64,000 bases of DNA from an uncultured Solirubrobacterales bacterium (lineage in GTDB: Bacteria; Actinomycetota; Thermoleophilia; Solirubrobacterales; Solirubrobacteraceae): positions 14,306 through 78,305 of the forward strand of contig CAWBXK010000008.1 in NCBI GenBank assembly GCA_963792735.1. Reading direction: 5' to 3'. Position 1 is the stretch's first letter; each line of letters begins with the position of its first letter. Positions 1 through 10,002 of the stretch are shown one piece after another. Made by a program: the position numbers and the translations under genes. The notes beneath the pieces are model-generated. The model had not been told where the DNA came from. It saw only the letters and a program-made list of their open reading frames with translations, and searched no databases.

Positions 1-1295
1 TTCGGAGGCGTTTGGTACGGCGTGCGGGCGCCGCCGAAGTAGTAAGTGGGGTTGGGACCCGAGCCGAGGCCCTTGCCGGCGACCCAGACGAGCTGCCCCC
101 GCGATGTTGTCTGCACGCTGTTCGGATAGGCCGCGGTGGGGATCCGGCCGATGAGACGGAAGGGGCGCAGGTTGAGGCCGAAGCGATGGCCACGGCCAGC
201 AATGTGCCGGCGCCGGGACAGCGCGATCACGGCGATCGTGTCCTCTCCGGCGTCGGAGGCGTACAGAGTGCGACCGTCGGGCGAGATGGCGAGGTTCGTG
301 GGCGCCGTCCCGAGCCCTTGGCGCCTCGCCACCGAGACCCGGTGCGTCACGACCCTCCGCCGTGTGTTCACCACAGCCACGAGATCACGATTGGTGACCG
401 CGACGTAGAGCGCCGGTCGCCGGGGGTCGGCCACCATACCCTCGGGATGACTGGTCAGGTCGCCCAGGCGTCCCCCGAGGCCCCTGATCGTCGCCGTCAC
501 CTTGGCGGCTTTCGGGTCGATCACCGAAAGCGTCCCGTCGTACTCGTTGGAGACGTACGCGCGGCCCCGCGGGTCGAACGCCACCCCTTCGGGGTAGTGG
601 CCAACGGGCACCACGGTCTGGGTCAGCGTGCGCAGATCGACGACGACGGCATCGTCAGCCGCGTTGAGCGCGACGACGAGATAACGCCCGTCCCGAGACA
701 CGGCCAGCCCCTCGGGCTGAGCGGTCCCGACGCCGGACACCGGAGGCAGTGATTCCGTGCGCCCGCTTCCCCCCGTCGTCGCTGGGAGCTGGAGCGGGGT
801 GCCTTCGACGCCCCGACCCGTCCGGCGGTTGACGGTGAAGATGTGGATCACGTCTCCCTGGTCGCCATGGGTCGGACCTTCGGTGGGAGAGCTGCCCTTG
901 GGCGTCCCGCTGACGTAGGCGCGGCCGCCGTCGGGTGCGAACGCCACGCCCCCGTAGCAACCGGGCAGCGGCAGGGTCTGGATCACCGAGTGACGCGACA
1001 GATCGACCACCTTGACGTCGTCCTTGCCGTGACCGCAGTCGACAACCCAGAGGTAACGACCGCCCGGCAGGACCGCGCTGCCGGTCGGAAAGTCTCCGAC
1101 CGTGGTCAGCCGCCCGGCCGGATGGAGCAGGTGACCGTTGGCGGTCAGGCGCTGTGAGGGCCCCACCTCGCCGGCCGTGATGCTCGCGGCCACCGCCACA
1201 CCGGCGAGACCCAGAACGATCACGGAGACCAGCACCCCGAGCCAGCGGCGGGAATGGCCGCGCCGGCGCCGGTGGCTGGGAGCGGGCTTGAACAT
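1..1295 (-). CDS. Secreted YVTN/YncE-type beta-propeller protein, probably N-terminal part of a propeller + phosphoesterase/alkaline-phosphatase-like protein; runs off the window edge (partial)
   Basis: Not in the ORF track because there is no stop in the window. My translation from ATG 1295: MFKPAPSHRRRRGHSRRWLGVLVSVIVLGLAGVAVAAS (signal/TM), then propeller repeats (GVAFAPDGGRAYVS, GLAVSRDGRYLVVA, GVAFDPRGRAYVSN, AISPDGRTLYAS) and GKGLGSGPNP. The phosphoesterase domain is inferred and lies outside the window. Confidence 0.8.
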   Translation of the reverse strand, partial: MFKPAPSHRRRRGHSRRWLGVLVSVIVLGLAGVAVAASITAGEVGPSQRLTANGHLLHPAGRLTTVGDFPTGSAVLPGGRYLWVVDCGHGKDDVKVVDLSRHSVIQTLPLPGCYGGVAFAPDGGRAYVSGTPKGSSPTEGPTHGDQGDVIHIFTVNRRTGRGVEGTPLQLPATTGGSGRTESLPPVSGVGTAQPEGLAVSRDGRYLVVALNAADDAVVVDLRTLTQTVVPVGHYPEGVAFDPRGRAYVSNEYDGTLSVIDPKAAKVTATIRGLGGRLGDLTSHPEGMVADPRRPALYVAVTNRDLVAVVNTRRRVVTHRVSVARRQGLGTAPTNLAISPDGRTLYASDAGEDTIAVIALSRRRHIAGRGHRFGLNLRPFRLIGRIPTAAYPNSVQTTSRGQLVWVAGKGLGSGPNPTYYFGGARTPYQTPP

Positions 1296-1578
1296 CGCGC
1301 TCGGATTCATATCCGCTGGGCTGGACGTTCTGTCACGATCTTGTGAACCTGGGGACTCAGGCGGGGCGTGGTCATCTGTCAACCGGCCGCGAACCACAGC
1401 GCAGCGGAGTCCGGGCTCGACGGAAGATCGTCCCCGCGGTGAGCGACGCCTGGTGCCCGCGGACAGCGCGCTTCAGCGGCCACGCATACGAGCTCATGAT
1501 CTCGACCGGCGGCCGGCACCGCACAAGGCTACATCCGCGCGCGCTGTTCCGGCGCGCAGGACCGGCTGGGGGGGGCCG

Positions 1579-1917
1579 TCAGCCGCTGTGCCGCGTCGGC
1601 AAGTGGAGCCGTACCGGGTAATCGACGACGATGGCGCGGCAGGCGCCAACCACGCGCGCGCCATGCCAGACAGAGGGCGGGACCACCGCGGCGTCGCGTG
1701 CCTCCAACCGGCGCTCGGTCCCGTCGATGACGAGAAGGATCGCGCCGCTGACCACGTTCCAGACCTCTTCCTGCTCGTGGTGATGTTGGTGAAGATCGGT
1801 AGCACCCGCGGCGATCTCCCACTGGCCAAACGTCATGTTGGTGGAGTGAAAGAAGCGCCCGGACCATCCGTCGAGCGGCGCGACCTCGATCATCGCCGCG
1901 GGGTCGATGAACGGCAT
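1579..1917 (-). CDS. Cupin domain protein
   Basis: Cupin motifs LHQHHHEQEEVWNVVSG and VVPPSVWHGAR. Confidence 0.85.
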   Translation of the reverse strand: MPFIDPAAMIEVAPLDGWSGRFFHSTNMTFGQWEIAAGATDLHQHHHEQEEVWNVVSGAILLVIDGTERRLEARDAAVVPPSVWHGARVVGACRAIVVDYPVRLHLPTRHSG

Positions 1918-1958
1918 CGCGTCAGACTACGCCAGCTCGGCCGAGCCGCGGTACGCCT

Positions 1959-2909
1959 CTAGGGGTTGCTGGGCGTCGGTTGCGCAGATGTCTCGGGAGC
2001 CGTTGCAGACTCACCAGGATGGACCACTGGCCGCTGGTAGGTGTCATAGCGAAATCGAGGTGTCATGCCGAGCTGCTCGTAGACCCTGAGGGCCCGCGGG
2101 TTGCTTGACGCGACCCCGAGCTGGGCTTCTCGGAGCCCGGCCGCGCGGAACCGACGGAACGCTTCGACGAGCAGGTTCGTCCCGATCCCGATGCGCTGGT
2201 GATCGGGATGAACGGCGAGGATGTCGACGAACCCGACCGGCGCCTCGGTCCAGCGTCGCGCCAGCAGGAAGCCGGCGATCTGGCCGCCGAGCTCGGCGAC
2301 GCGGCTCAGCTCCGGATCAAGGTCGTGGGCGCCGAGGTGCTCCTCGCGGAAGGCCTCGAGCGATTCGGGGTGGTAGTCCGGAGCGCCGGCAAAGCTGGCA
2401 GCGTCGAGCGCGTGCAGGGTGGTGGCGTCCCGCTCTACCTCGAGCGAGCGCAGTCGCAGGCCGGCTGGAGGGCTGACCGGGTAATCGCACAGGTCCTCAA
2501 GCCCGAGCCCCATCCGCCAGTAGCTGCGGTCCAGAGCGTATCCGGCGGCGCGCAGGAGCGTCTTGGCGCGCTCGTTGGCGGAGCCGATCCATTGGCGATG
2601 GTGCGAGCGGCCCAGCACGCGCTCGCGCGGCTCCACCCAATCCAGCAGCCGCGCCCCGATGCCGTGGCCCTCGTACGCGGGAGCGACGGCGACGAGCGTT
2701 CCCAGCCGGCGCACGATCGCGTACGCGACGATCCGTCCGTCCAGCTCGACCACTCGGGAATCCGCGGCGAGATCGAGGTCGCTGCCGCGCCATTCGTCGA
2801 GCAGGTCCTCCAGCACGTAGTCGGGTACGCCGATGTCGGCGATATCTCGGGCCGCGAGCACCTCGAGGACGGCGGACGCGTCGTCGATGGCGGGCGCCCG
2901 TACTCTCAT
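1959..2909 (-). CDS. Tandem GNAT acetyltransferase (MshD-like fold)
   Basis: Starts at ATG 2909 (MRVRAPAIDD) inside the 653-aa track ORF. Two GNAT motif A segments: VAVAPAYEGHGIGARLL and LAVHPDHQRIGIGTNLL. Confidence 0.85.
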   Translation of the reverse strand: MRVRAPAIDDASAVLEVLAARDIADIGVPDYVLEDLLDEWRGSDLDLAADSRVVELDGRIVAYAIVRRLGTLVAVAPAYEGHGIGARLLDWVEPRERVLGRSHHRQWIGSANERAKTLLRAAGYALDRSYWRMGLGLEDLCDYPVSPPAGLRLRSLEVERDATTLHALDAASFAGAPDYHPESLEAFREEHLGAHDLDPELSRVAELGGQIAGFLLARRWTEAPVGFVDILAVHPDHQRIGIGTNLLVEAFRRFRAAGLREAQLGVASSNPRALRVYEQLGMTPRFRYDTYQRPVVHPGESATAPETSAQPTPSNP

Positions 2910-3004
2910 TGCGGCATGTCTACCGGCTTCGCCCCGTGTCGCGCAAGGCGAACTGGTGAAACCGGGCGACCGAGGTACGAGTGTCGCTCGTGGCCACGGC
3001 GGGG

Positions 3005-3920
3005 TCAGGCGAGGTCGGCGGCCATGACCGAGCGCTGGCGGGCGGTGAGCTGTCCGAGCTGTTTGTGCTCCCCGACCGCGTGTCGGGTTAGGAAGGTCTG
3101 CGTCCGGCGGGGTCCCCAGCCGGTCTGGCTGCGCAGCAGCTCGGCGACTGTGCACCCGTCGGCAGGCGCTGAGGGCCCCTGCAGCAGATCGCGCACCGTG
3201 ACCGCGCCGTCGCCGATGTCTCGCTTGAGCGCGGCTCGTTCCCCGCGCACGGTATTGGCCAGCGTGAGCGCGGCGTGTCGCTGCCGGCTTGCCAATATCG
3301 GGGCTGTGTCCTGCCCTTCGGTGGGCGCCGGCGTCCGTTGCGGTGGCACGGGCTCCGGTGGTAGCTGCGCCAGCGCTTCGACCTCGAACCGCAGTAGTTC
3401 GATGAGGTGGGCGTCGTCGAGCTCTTGCTCGAGCATCACCAGCGACTTCTGGTAGCGATTGAACTTTTGCCTCGGCCTCGTCCGGTGGCAGACCGGTGAC
3501 GATCAGCAGTCGCAGCTCGCGGACCTTGCTGACCTTATCGGCGGCATAGACCGCCAGCGCATCCCCACCGAACGCCCGGACACGGTCACGCACCTCGGCC
3601 TTGCGCCGATCCTCGTCGCCGATCGCCGGGTCGTCGCTGACCACCGCCACCAGCTCCGCGACCCGCGAGCCAAACCTCGAGTGCAAGTCGGCCAGCTCGG
3701 CGTCGGTGTCCTCCAGAACGTCATGCAGGACAGCGGCCGTCACGACATCGTCGCCGTAGCCCAAGCGGGCCAGCAGCGACGCCACCTCCGCGGGATGGAC
3801 GAGAAACACCGCGCCATCACCACTGCGGTGCTGATCGCCGTGGCGAGACCGCGCGAACCCCAGCGCCTGCCGGGTCTTCGGCAAGTTCTCAGCGAAGTGG
3901 AAGTGCAGCGGCGAGAACAT
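3005..3920 (-). pseudogene. HD-domain hydrolase (RelA/SpoT/Mesh1-type) fused to a C-terminal actinobacterial IHF-like (H2TH) domain, interrupted by a 1-nt frameshift
   Basis: N-part has HPAEVA, AAVLHDVLEDT, FGSRVAELV and YAADKVSKVR. Removing one base from the T4 run at 3465-3468 joins it to ORF 3005..3439 (EAKFNRYQKSLVMLEQEL...ALTLANTVRGERAALKRDI...GWGPRRTQTFL...LGQLTARQR), giving about 304 aa. May be an intact gene with a sequencing indel. Confidence 0.7.
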
Positions 3921-4023
3921 CGAGGACGGAGTTGCCGCGGAGGACAGCGCATTAGCCTACAAAGTCCGTCAACTCCTGCGGAAAACCCGCCCCGCTGCAC
4001 GACGTCGAGCAGGCTGATCTGAT

Positions 4024-4720
4024 CGCGGGGGCGGGCGCGGGCACGTCCCGGTGTCGCTGAGCCGCAGCATGAACGTCGAGGTCGCCACCGGCGCGGGCCT
4101 GACCGAGGCGCTGGCGGGGGTCGATCTCGTCGTCGACGTCGCCAACGCCGGCACGACCGAGGAGGCCGCGGCCACGGCGTTCTTCACCCGCGCCGCCGGC
4201 AATCTGCAGCAGGCGGCGGCCGCGCAGGGCGTGGAGCGGATCGTGACCCTCTCGATCGTCGGGATCGACCGTGCACCGTTCGGCTACTACGCGGCCAAGC
4301 TCGCGCACGAGCAAGCGGCCCACGACGGCCCGGTCGCGTCCACCATCCTGCGCGCCACGCAATTTCACGAGTTCGCCGGGCAACTGATCGCCGCCACCCG
4401 GCGTGGCGGGACCGCCAGCGTGTTTGACCTGCGTGCAGACCGTGGCCGCCCGGACCGTCGCCGAGGCGCTCATCGACGCCTGCGAGAGCGCGCCGCAGCC
4501 GCGCGTGCCGGACCTGGGTGGCCCCGAGCCGGCCTGGCTGGTCGAGCAGGCCCGGGCGTTCGTGGCGCGGCGGGACGAGCCGATCGAGATCGTCGCCGAC
4601 AGCGGGACCATCGCTGGGCTTCCCGTCGACGCGCTGCTGCCCGGCCCCGACGCCCGGCTCGCCGGGCCGACGTTTACCCGCTGGCTGGACACCGAGGATG
4701 CGGCCGCGCTGTCCCTCTGA
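4024..4720 (+). pseudogene. NAD(P)H-binding NmrA/atypical SDR family protein, 5'-truncated and frameshifted
   Basis: GHVPVSLSRS...GAGLTEALAGVDLVVDVAN...YYAAKLAHE...TILRATQFHEF, then a frame change at about 4432 to VQTVAARTVAEAL...DLGGPE. The N-terminal GxxGxxG motif is missing (in-frame TGA at 4015). Confidence 0.7.
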
Positions 4721-4763
4721 TGACGAGAGGAGGCGCGTACGCCGGCAGCGACCTACTCCGGCG

Positions 4764-5975
4764 TCAGAGCTGGTCGGCCACCGGCTCGCTCAGGATGATG
4801 GCTGCTGATGCCGCAATCAGGTTGATCGCCGTGAACCCGATGATCAGCGCGAGCGGGTCGTGGACGAGCCCTCCGAGCGCCGCGCCGCCGGCGATCGTCA
4901 GGCCCGACAAGCTGCTGACGGTGGTCATCACCTGGGCCCGGACCGCCGGCGGGGCGTGGCGCTGGCGGAGCGCGATCGTGCCGGAGTAGGCCGGCCCTTC
5001 GAGAAAGCCCGTCAGCCCGATGAGGGCGACACCAACCGCGAGCGTTCCGGCCAGCGGCCAGAGCAATGCCGACAGAGCGAGGATCCCGTAGGACAAGCCG
5101 ACGCGGCGCAGTCCCGGCGGGCCGTGCAGGACGAAGGTCCCGAGGATTGAACCGGCCGCCACCGCCGCCCAGAGGTATCCGCTGGTGTGCGCCGGGCTGT
5201 GCAGCGTCTGGACCGCGTAGAGAGGGAAACCGACCAGCATCAGTCCCCAGCCGAACGCGGCCATGCTGCCCGAAAAAGAGGTTGCCAGCAGCGTCCGCTC
5301 GCGCGCGAGGGCCCGCAGACCACCACGGAGCGCCTGAGTCAAGCTCGGGGAGCGGTCGCGGCCCCTGGCCTCAAAGGCGGGGTTCAGCGCCACCAGCACG
5401 GCAACGATCACGGTCAGCGCCGCCTGCAGCTCGACCGTTCGCGCAGCCCCGATCGCTCCCGCGAGCACGCCGGCCAGCGCGGGACCGATGATCACCGCCA
5501 GGTTGAGGCTGGTGGCCTCGACCGTGCTCGCCTGGTCAAGCAGCTCTGGACCGGCGATGTCGGCCAGAGCGCTGAAGAAGCTACCCGTGCTAAGCGGCCG
5601 CGTGATGCTGTACAGAGCGGCCACCGCAGGCACCGTCCAGCCTGGCGCGTGGCCGGCGAGCGCGACGATCGCCAGCAGCCCCGCGACACTCAACAGCTGG
5701 TCGAACACGATCAGCACGCGCCGGCGACGGACGACATCGAGCCACGCGCCGAGCACGGGACCGGCCAGCGCACCGGGCACGACAGCCGCCGCGGCCGTCG
5801 CTCCCGCCAACGGCGCATTTCCCGTCCGCACCAGGACCAGAAGCACCCCGGCGGTGTTGAACATCGTCGCGCTCGTCCGTGACAGGGCAACGGTCAGCAC
5901 AAACCCGGGATAGCGCGGGCGCCGCCATAGGCGGCGAAAGGCACTCTCAGAGCCGGTCAGCGGAGACGACGCCAT
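4764..5975 (-). CDS. MFS transporter
   Basis: About 12 hydrophobic segments; GAWLDVVRRRRVL resembles MFS motif A. Confidence 0.85.
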   Translation of the reverse strand: MASSPLTGSESAFRRLWRRPRYPGFVLTVALSRTSATMFNTAGVLLVLVRTGNAPLAGATAAAAVVPGALAGPVLGAWLDVVRRRRVLIVFDQLLSVAGLLAIVALAGHAPGWTVPAVAALYSITRPLSTGSFFSALADIAGPELLDQASTVEATSLNLAVIIGPALAGVLAGAIGAARTVELQAALTVIVAVLVALNPAFEARGRDRSPSLTQALRGGLRALARERTLLATSFSGSMAAFGWGLMLVGFPLYAVQTLHSPAHTSGYLWAAVAAGSILGTFVLHGPPGLRRVGLSYGILALSALLWPLAGTLAVGVALIGLTGFLEGPAYSGTIALRQRHAPPAVRAQVMTTVSSLSGLTIAGGAALGGLVHDPLALIIGFTAINLIAASAAIILSEPVADQL

Positions 5976-6076
5976 GCCGCCATCTTGCCGCAGCTTCCAG
6001 CCCTCTCGAGGTCGGTTTGCCGGGCGCGGGGGCGCGGGTATCTCTGCGCCACTGCATACGGTCGGGAGGAGAACTC

Positions 6077-8737
6077 ATGTCCAGAGGGACGATCGGGACC
6101 GGGGCGATCCGGCGCGGGATCATCGGCGCGGGGAGCGTCTGCGCGGTGGTGGTTGCGGCCGCGTCCATGGCGGCGCCGGCCCTGGCGTCACCGCGCGCCG
6201 CTGCACCCTCGGGCGAGGCTCCGGGTGGTCCGGGCGCCACCTCCTACCTGGACGTGGCCCGCAAGGACTGTTTTGGGACGGCGCGCAACACCACGTCGAA
6301 GGTTTGGTTCACCGTGGCCGGTGGGGTGCTGTCCGACGTGTTCAGCCCGACGATCGAGAACACCAACGTGAGCACCGTTCAGTACATCGTCACCGACGGG
6401 CGCACGTTCGCCGACCTGCAGCAGCGGGACATGACCTACTCGGTGAGCTCGCCGGATCCGAGCGGCATGGTCTGCCGGGTGACGAGCATTGACCGCGCTC
6501 ACCGCTTCCGTCTGGTCAGTGACTACGTCGCCGATCCGGCGCGTGACAGCGTCGTCATCCACACGACGCTGATGCCGATCGGCGGGGGCGTGCGCTCGGT
6601 CCGCAAGCTCAAGGTCTACGTCCGCTATGACGCCACCATCGACAACACGGGCGGCGGCGGCGCGGCCAATGGAGGCCCCAACAACGCCACCATCGATCCG
6701 GCGACGACGGCTCTGGTCTCCTCCGACACCACCACTCCGACCGGTCCGTTCTCGGCGCAGGTCGTCGGCGCGCTGGTGGCCGATCACCGCTTCCGGACGG
6801 AGTCCAGCGGGTTCGTCGGCAGCGCCAACGACGGCCTGAACCAGCTCGATGCCCGCCACCGCCTCGTCGCCGAGTACCGCTCGGCGGTCGACGGGAACGT
6901 CGTTCAGACGGCCCGCGTGGCTATGAAGCCGGGACGGCCGTTCACGCTCGCGCTGGGATTCGCGCCGGACGCCCCCGGGGCGATCGCCGCGGCCAGGGGC
7001 AGCGCCGCGGCGCCGTTTGCGCGGACGCTGGGGCAGTATGTGGCCGGCTGGCGCAGCTACGACGCCGCTCTGCGCCGCCCACCGCGGCGCCTGGCCGGGC
7101 TCACCGACGCCCAGAACGCCGCGATGAAGAGCACCTACTGGGTGTCGGCGAACGTCATCAAGGCCGCCGAGGACAAGACGAACATCGGGGCGTTCGTGGC
7201 CTCACCGACCGACCCGTGGGGCCAGTCGGTTCCGGCCGCCACCACGCACGCCGGGTGGACCTACCGGGAGGTGTTCGCCCGTGACAGCTACGAGACGTTC
7301 ACCGGCCTGCTCGCCGACGGCGACACGGCCAGCGCCAGGGACATGACCCTGTTCCTGTTCGACCGCGTCCAGCAGCCCGACGGGAGCTTCCCCCGCGACT
7401 CCGAGCTCGACGGCACGGTCGCCCCCGACACGTTCGGGCTATCGGAGATCGACGAGGTCGCCTACCCGCTGCTGATGGCGTGGGAGGCCGGGCTGGCCGG
7501 GAACGTGGCCCTCTACCGGGACCACATCCGGCCGGCGGCGGATTACATCGTCGACCACGGCCCGAGCACAGGCGCCGAGCGCTGGGAGGAGCATCCGGGG
7601 TTCTCGCCGGCGACGATCGCGTCGGAGATAGCGGGCCTGGTGGCGGCGGGCAAGCTGGCCACCGCGGCCGGCGATACTCCGCGCGCCCATCTGTACCTTG
7701 CCACCGCCGACTACTACCAGCGCAACGTCAAGCGCTGGACGGTGACCACGACCGGTCCCGACGGGCCCCGGTACTTCATCCGCGAGTCGGTCGACGGCCA
7801 CCCCAACACGGCACAGACCTACGACCTCGGCAACGGCAGCCTCAGCCACGTCGACCAGCGCTCGATCATCGACGCCGGCTTCCTGGAGCTGACACGGATG
7901 GGCGAGCTGTCCGCGCGCGATCCCGACGTCCGGGCATCGCTGCGCGTTGTCGACTCCGTGCTGAAGCGCCAGACCAGGTCGGGCCCCGGCTGGCACCGCT
8001 ATGGGATCAAGGCCCCCGGCGCCACCGACGGCTACGGAGACTGCTACATGCCGGATCCGACCACCTGCGCGCCGACGGGCGAGCCGTGGTTCACGCACGC
8101 GGTCGGCTCCGGTCACCTGTGGCCGCTGCTCACCGGCGAGCGCGCCGAGCAGGACCTCCAGTCGGGCGCCAAAGCTGCCGCTTCCGGCTTGGCGGTCGAT
8201 TTCCAGCGGATGACCTGGGGCTTGGGATACGTGCCCGAGCAGGCGTGGGAGGACCCTGACACACCGGCGTCGCCGTTCGGAGCGGACCCCACCACCGCCT
8301 CGATCGGCTTCAGCAACGGCCAGGCCGCCGGCTCCGCTACCCCGTTGATCTGGGGCCAGGCGCAGTACCTGAGGCTGGTGCTCGACCTCCAGTCCGGCAC
8401 TCTGATCGATCAGCCGCAGATCACCCGCGCCCGGTATCTGGGGCCGGCGGCGCCGGCGGACGTGCCGGTGGCGATCACTTCGCCGGCCAACGGCGCGACC
8501 GTGAGCGGCGCCAGCACGGTCGTGACCGGGACGACGAAGCCGGGGGCACGAGTGGACGTGGCCGCCGGTCAGCCGGGATCTCCGGCGAACGCCACCGCCG
8601 TGGTGGCGACCGTCGCCGACTCCCACGGTGCGTACGCGGCCACGATCCCGACTCCCTCCGCGACGACGATCATCACCGTGGCGGCCACGGTCGGCGCGCA
8701 GGCCACGGGCTGGGCTCAGGAATCGGTGACGGGCTAA
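6077..8737 (+). CDS. Secreted glucodextranase/glucoamylase (GH15)
   Basis: GGGAGGAG RBS before ATG 6077; signal peptide; SKVWFTVAGGVLSDVF (glucodextranase N domain), YREVFARD, ERWEE, GHLWPLLTGER, YVPEQAWE. Confidence 0.88.
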   Translation: MSRGTIGTGAIRRGIIGAGSVCAVVVAAASMAAPALASPRAAAPSGEAPGGPGATSYLDVARKDCFGTARNTTSKVWFTVAGGVLSDVFSPTIENTNVSTVQYIVTDGRTFADLQQRDMTYSVSSPDPSGMVCRVTSIDRAHRFRLVSDYVADPARDSVVIHTTLMPIGGGVRSVRKLKVYVRYDATIDNTGGGGAANGGPNNATIDPATTALVSSDTTTPTGPFSAQVVGALVADHRFRTESSGFVGSANDGLNQLDARHRLVAEYRSAVDGNVVQTARVAMKPGRPFTLALGFAPDAPGAIAAARGSAAAPFARTLGQYVAGWRSYDAALRRPPRRLAGLTDAQNAAMKSTYWVSANVIKAAEDKTNIGAFVASPTDPWGQSVPAATTHAGWTYREVFARDSYETFTGLLADGDTASARDMTLFLFDRVQQPDGSFPRDSELDGTVAPDTFGLSEIDEVAYPLLMAWEAGLAGNVALYRDHIRPAADYIVDHGPSTGAERWEEHPGFSPATIASEIAGLVAAGKLATAAGDTPRAHLYLATADYYQRNVKRWTVTTTGPDGPRYFIRESVDGHPNTAQTYDLGNGSLSHVDQRSIIDAGFLELTRMGELSARDPDVRASLRVVDSVLKRQTRSGPGWHRYGIKAPGATDGYGDCYMPDPTTCAPTGEPWFTHAVGSGHLWPLLTGERAEQDLQSGAKAAASGLAVDFQRMTWGLGYVPEQAWEDPDTPASPFGADPTTASIGFSNGQAAGSATPLIWGQAQYLRLVLDLQSGTLIDQPQITRARYLGPAAPADVPVAITSPANGATVSGASTVVTGTTKPGARVDVAAGQPGSPANATAVVATVADSHGAYAATIPTPSATTIITVAATVGAQATGWAQESVTG

Positions 8738-8751
8738 GGGTGAACGCGCAG

Positions 8752-8775
8752 GCCGCCGGCGGCGTCGCCGGCGGC
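8752..8775 (+). terminator. GC-rich hairpin after the GH15 gene
   Basis: GCCGCCGGC-GGCGTC-GCCGGCGGC is a perfect 9-bp inverted repeat 14 nt after the stop; no U-tract. Confidence 0.45.
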
Positions 8776-8856
8776 TCGTCGGATCGATAAGTGCTCCGAC
8801 GTCATCACAATTACCAGCCGGTTGCATTAGCGCCCGAGTGGTCATAGGTTCTCGCT

Positions 8857-10002
8857 GTGCCACCGGCGTCGCGATGGGAGCGCGTGAAGGGTTCGATGTC
8901 CCCCCGGGAGTGGCGGCAGGCCGGGGGGATGGCGGCGGTGATCGCGGGGCTGCACGTGATCGGGTTCGGGATCCTGATCCTGGTCGTGGCACCCCACAAG
9001 TACAGCCTCGGGTCCTCGGGCACGTTCGCGATCGGGACCGGAGTGACCGCCTACACGCTCGGTCTGCGCCACGCCTTCGACGCCGATCACATCTCGGCCA
9101 TCGACAACACCACGCGGAAGTTCATGAGCGAGGGCAAACGGCCGTTGAGCGTCGGGTTCTTCTTCTCACTCGGGCACTCCACGATCGTGTTCGGTCTTGC
9201 GTTTCTGATCGCAGTCGGTGTCAAGGCGCTCGCCGATCCGGTGCGCCACACCGGGTCACTGCTGCACGGGACGACCAACGTCATCGGCACGACGGTGTCG
9301 GGAACGTTTCTCTATGTGATCGCGATCCTGAACATCATCATCCTGGTCAGCATCGTGAAGATCTTCTTCGAGATGCGCCGCGGCACCTACAGCGAGGAGC
9401 AGCTGGAGAAGGAGCTCAACTCGCGCGGGCTGATGAGCCGCCTGTTCGGCAGGCGCCTGAACAAGATCAAGCAGCCGCGGCAGATGTACCCCGTCGGCGT
9501 GCTGTTCGGCCTGGGGTTCGATACCGCGACCGAGGTCGCGCTGCTCGTTATCGCCGGGAGTGCCGGGGCGGCCGGCCTGCCGTTCTACGCGATCATCTGC
9601 CTGCCGGTCCTGTTCGCCGCCGGGATGTCGCTGCTTGACACGATCGACGGGTCGTTTATGAACTTCGCCTACGGCTGGGCGTTCTCGAAGCCGGTCCGCA
9701 AGGTCTATTACAACATCACGATCACCGGCCTGTCGGTTGCGGTCGCGCTGTTCATCGGCACGATCGAGCTGGTCGGCTTGATCACCCAGAAGCTCGGAAT
9801 GACCGGGTCGGTCGCCGACTGGTTTCAGAACTTCAACATCAACACCGCCGGGTTCATCATCGTCGCCATGTTCGTCGCGACCTGGGTGTTCTCGCTCGCG
9901 ATCTGGCGCTTCGCGCGGATCGAGGAGAGGTGGACCGCCGGGATGCAGCAGGCCGACGCCCGTTCAACCGCAGCCCTAAGCGGCGGAGTGATCGACCCAT
10001 GA
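8857..10002 (+). CDS. hoxN: HoxN/HupN/NixA (NiCoT) nickel/cobalt transporter
   Basis: Signature GLRHAFDADHISAID, FSLGHSTIV, LFGLGFDTATE; exact start uncertain. Confidence 0.92.
   Translation: MPPASRWERVKGSMSPREWRQAGGMAAVIAGLHVIGFGILILVVAPHKYSLGSSGTFAIGTGVTAYTLGLRHAFDADHISAIDNTTRKFMSEGKRPLSVGFFFSLGHSTIVFGLAFLIAVGVKALADPVRHTGSLLHGTTNVIGTTVSGTFLYVIAILNIIILVSIVKIFFEMRRGTYSEEQLEKELNSRGLMSRLFGRRLNKIKQPRQMYPVGVLFGLGFDTATEVALLVIAGSAGAAGLPFYAIICLPVLFAAGMSLLDTIDGSFMNFAYGWAFSKPVRKVYYNITITGLSVAVALFIGTIELVGLITQKLGMTGSVADWFQNFNINTAGFIIVAMFVATWVFSLAIWRFARIEERWTAGMQQADARSTAALSGGVIDP

Noticed and set aside
1959-3920. 653-aa HD-GNAT fusion ORF in the track
   Set aside because: The middle third is Arg/Ala-rich off-frame sequence overlapping a better ORF (3005..3439). 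The GNAT has its own ATG at 2909. The apparent fusion results from the frameshift at 3465-3468.
8738-8856. Riboswitch or Nur/Fur box upstream of the NiCoT gene
   Set aside because: The region is short, its one hairpin is better explained as a terminator, and only a half match to a TGCAA-type palindrome is visible.
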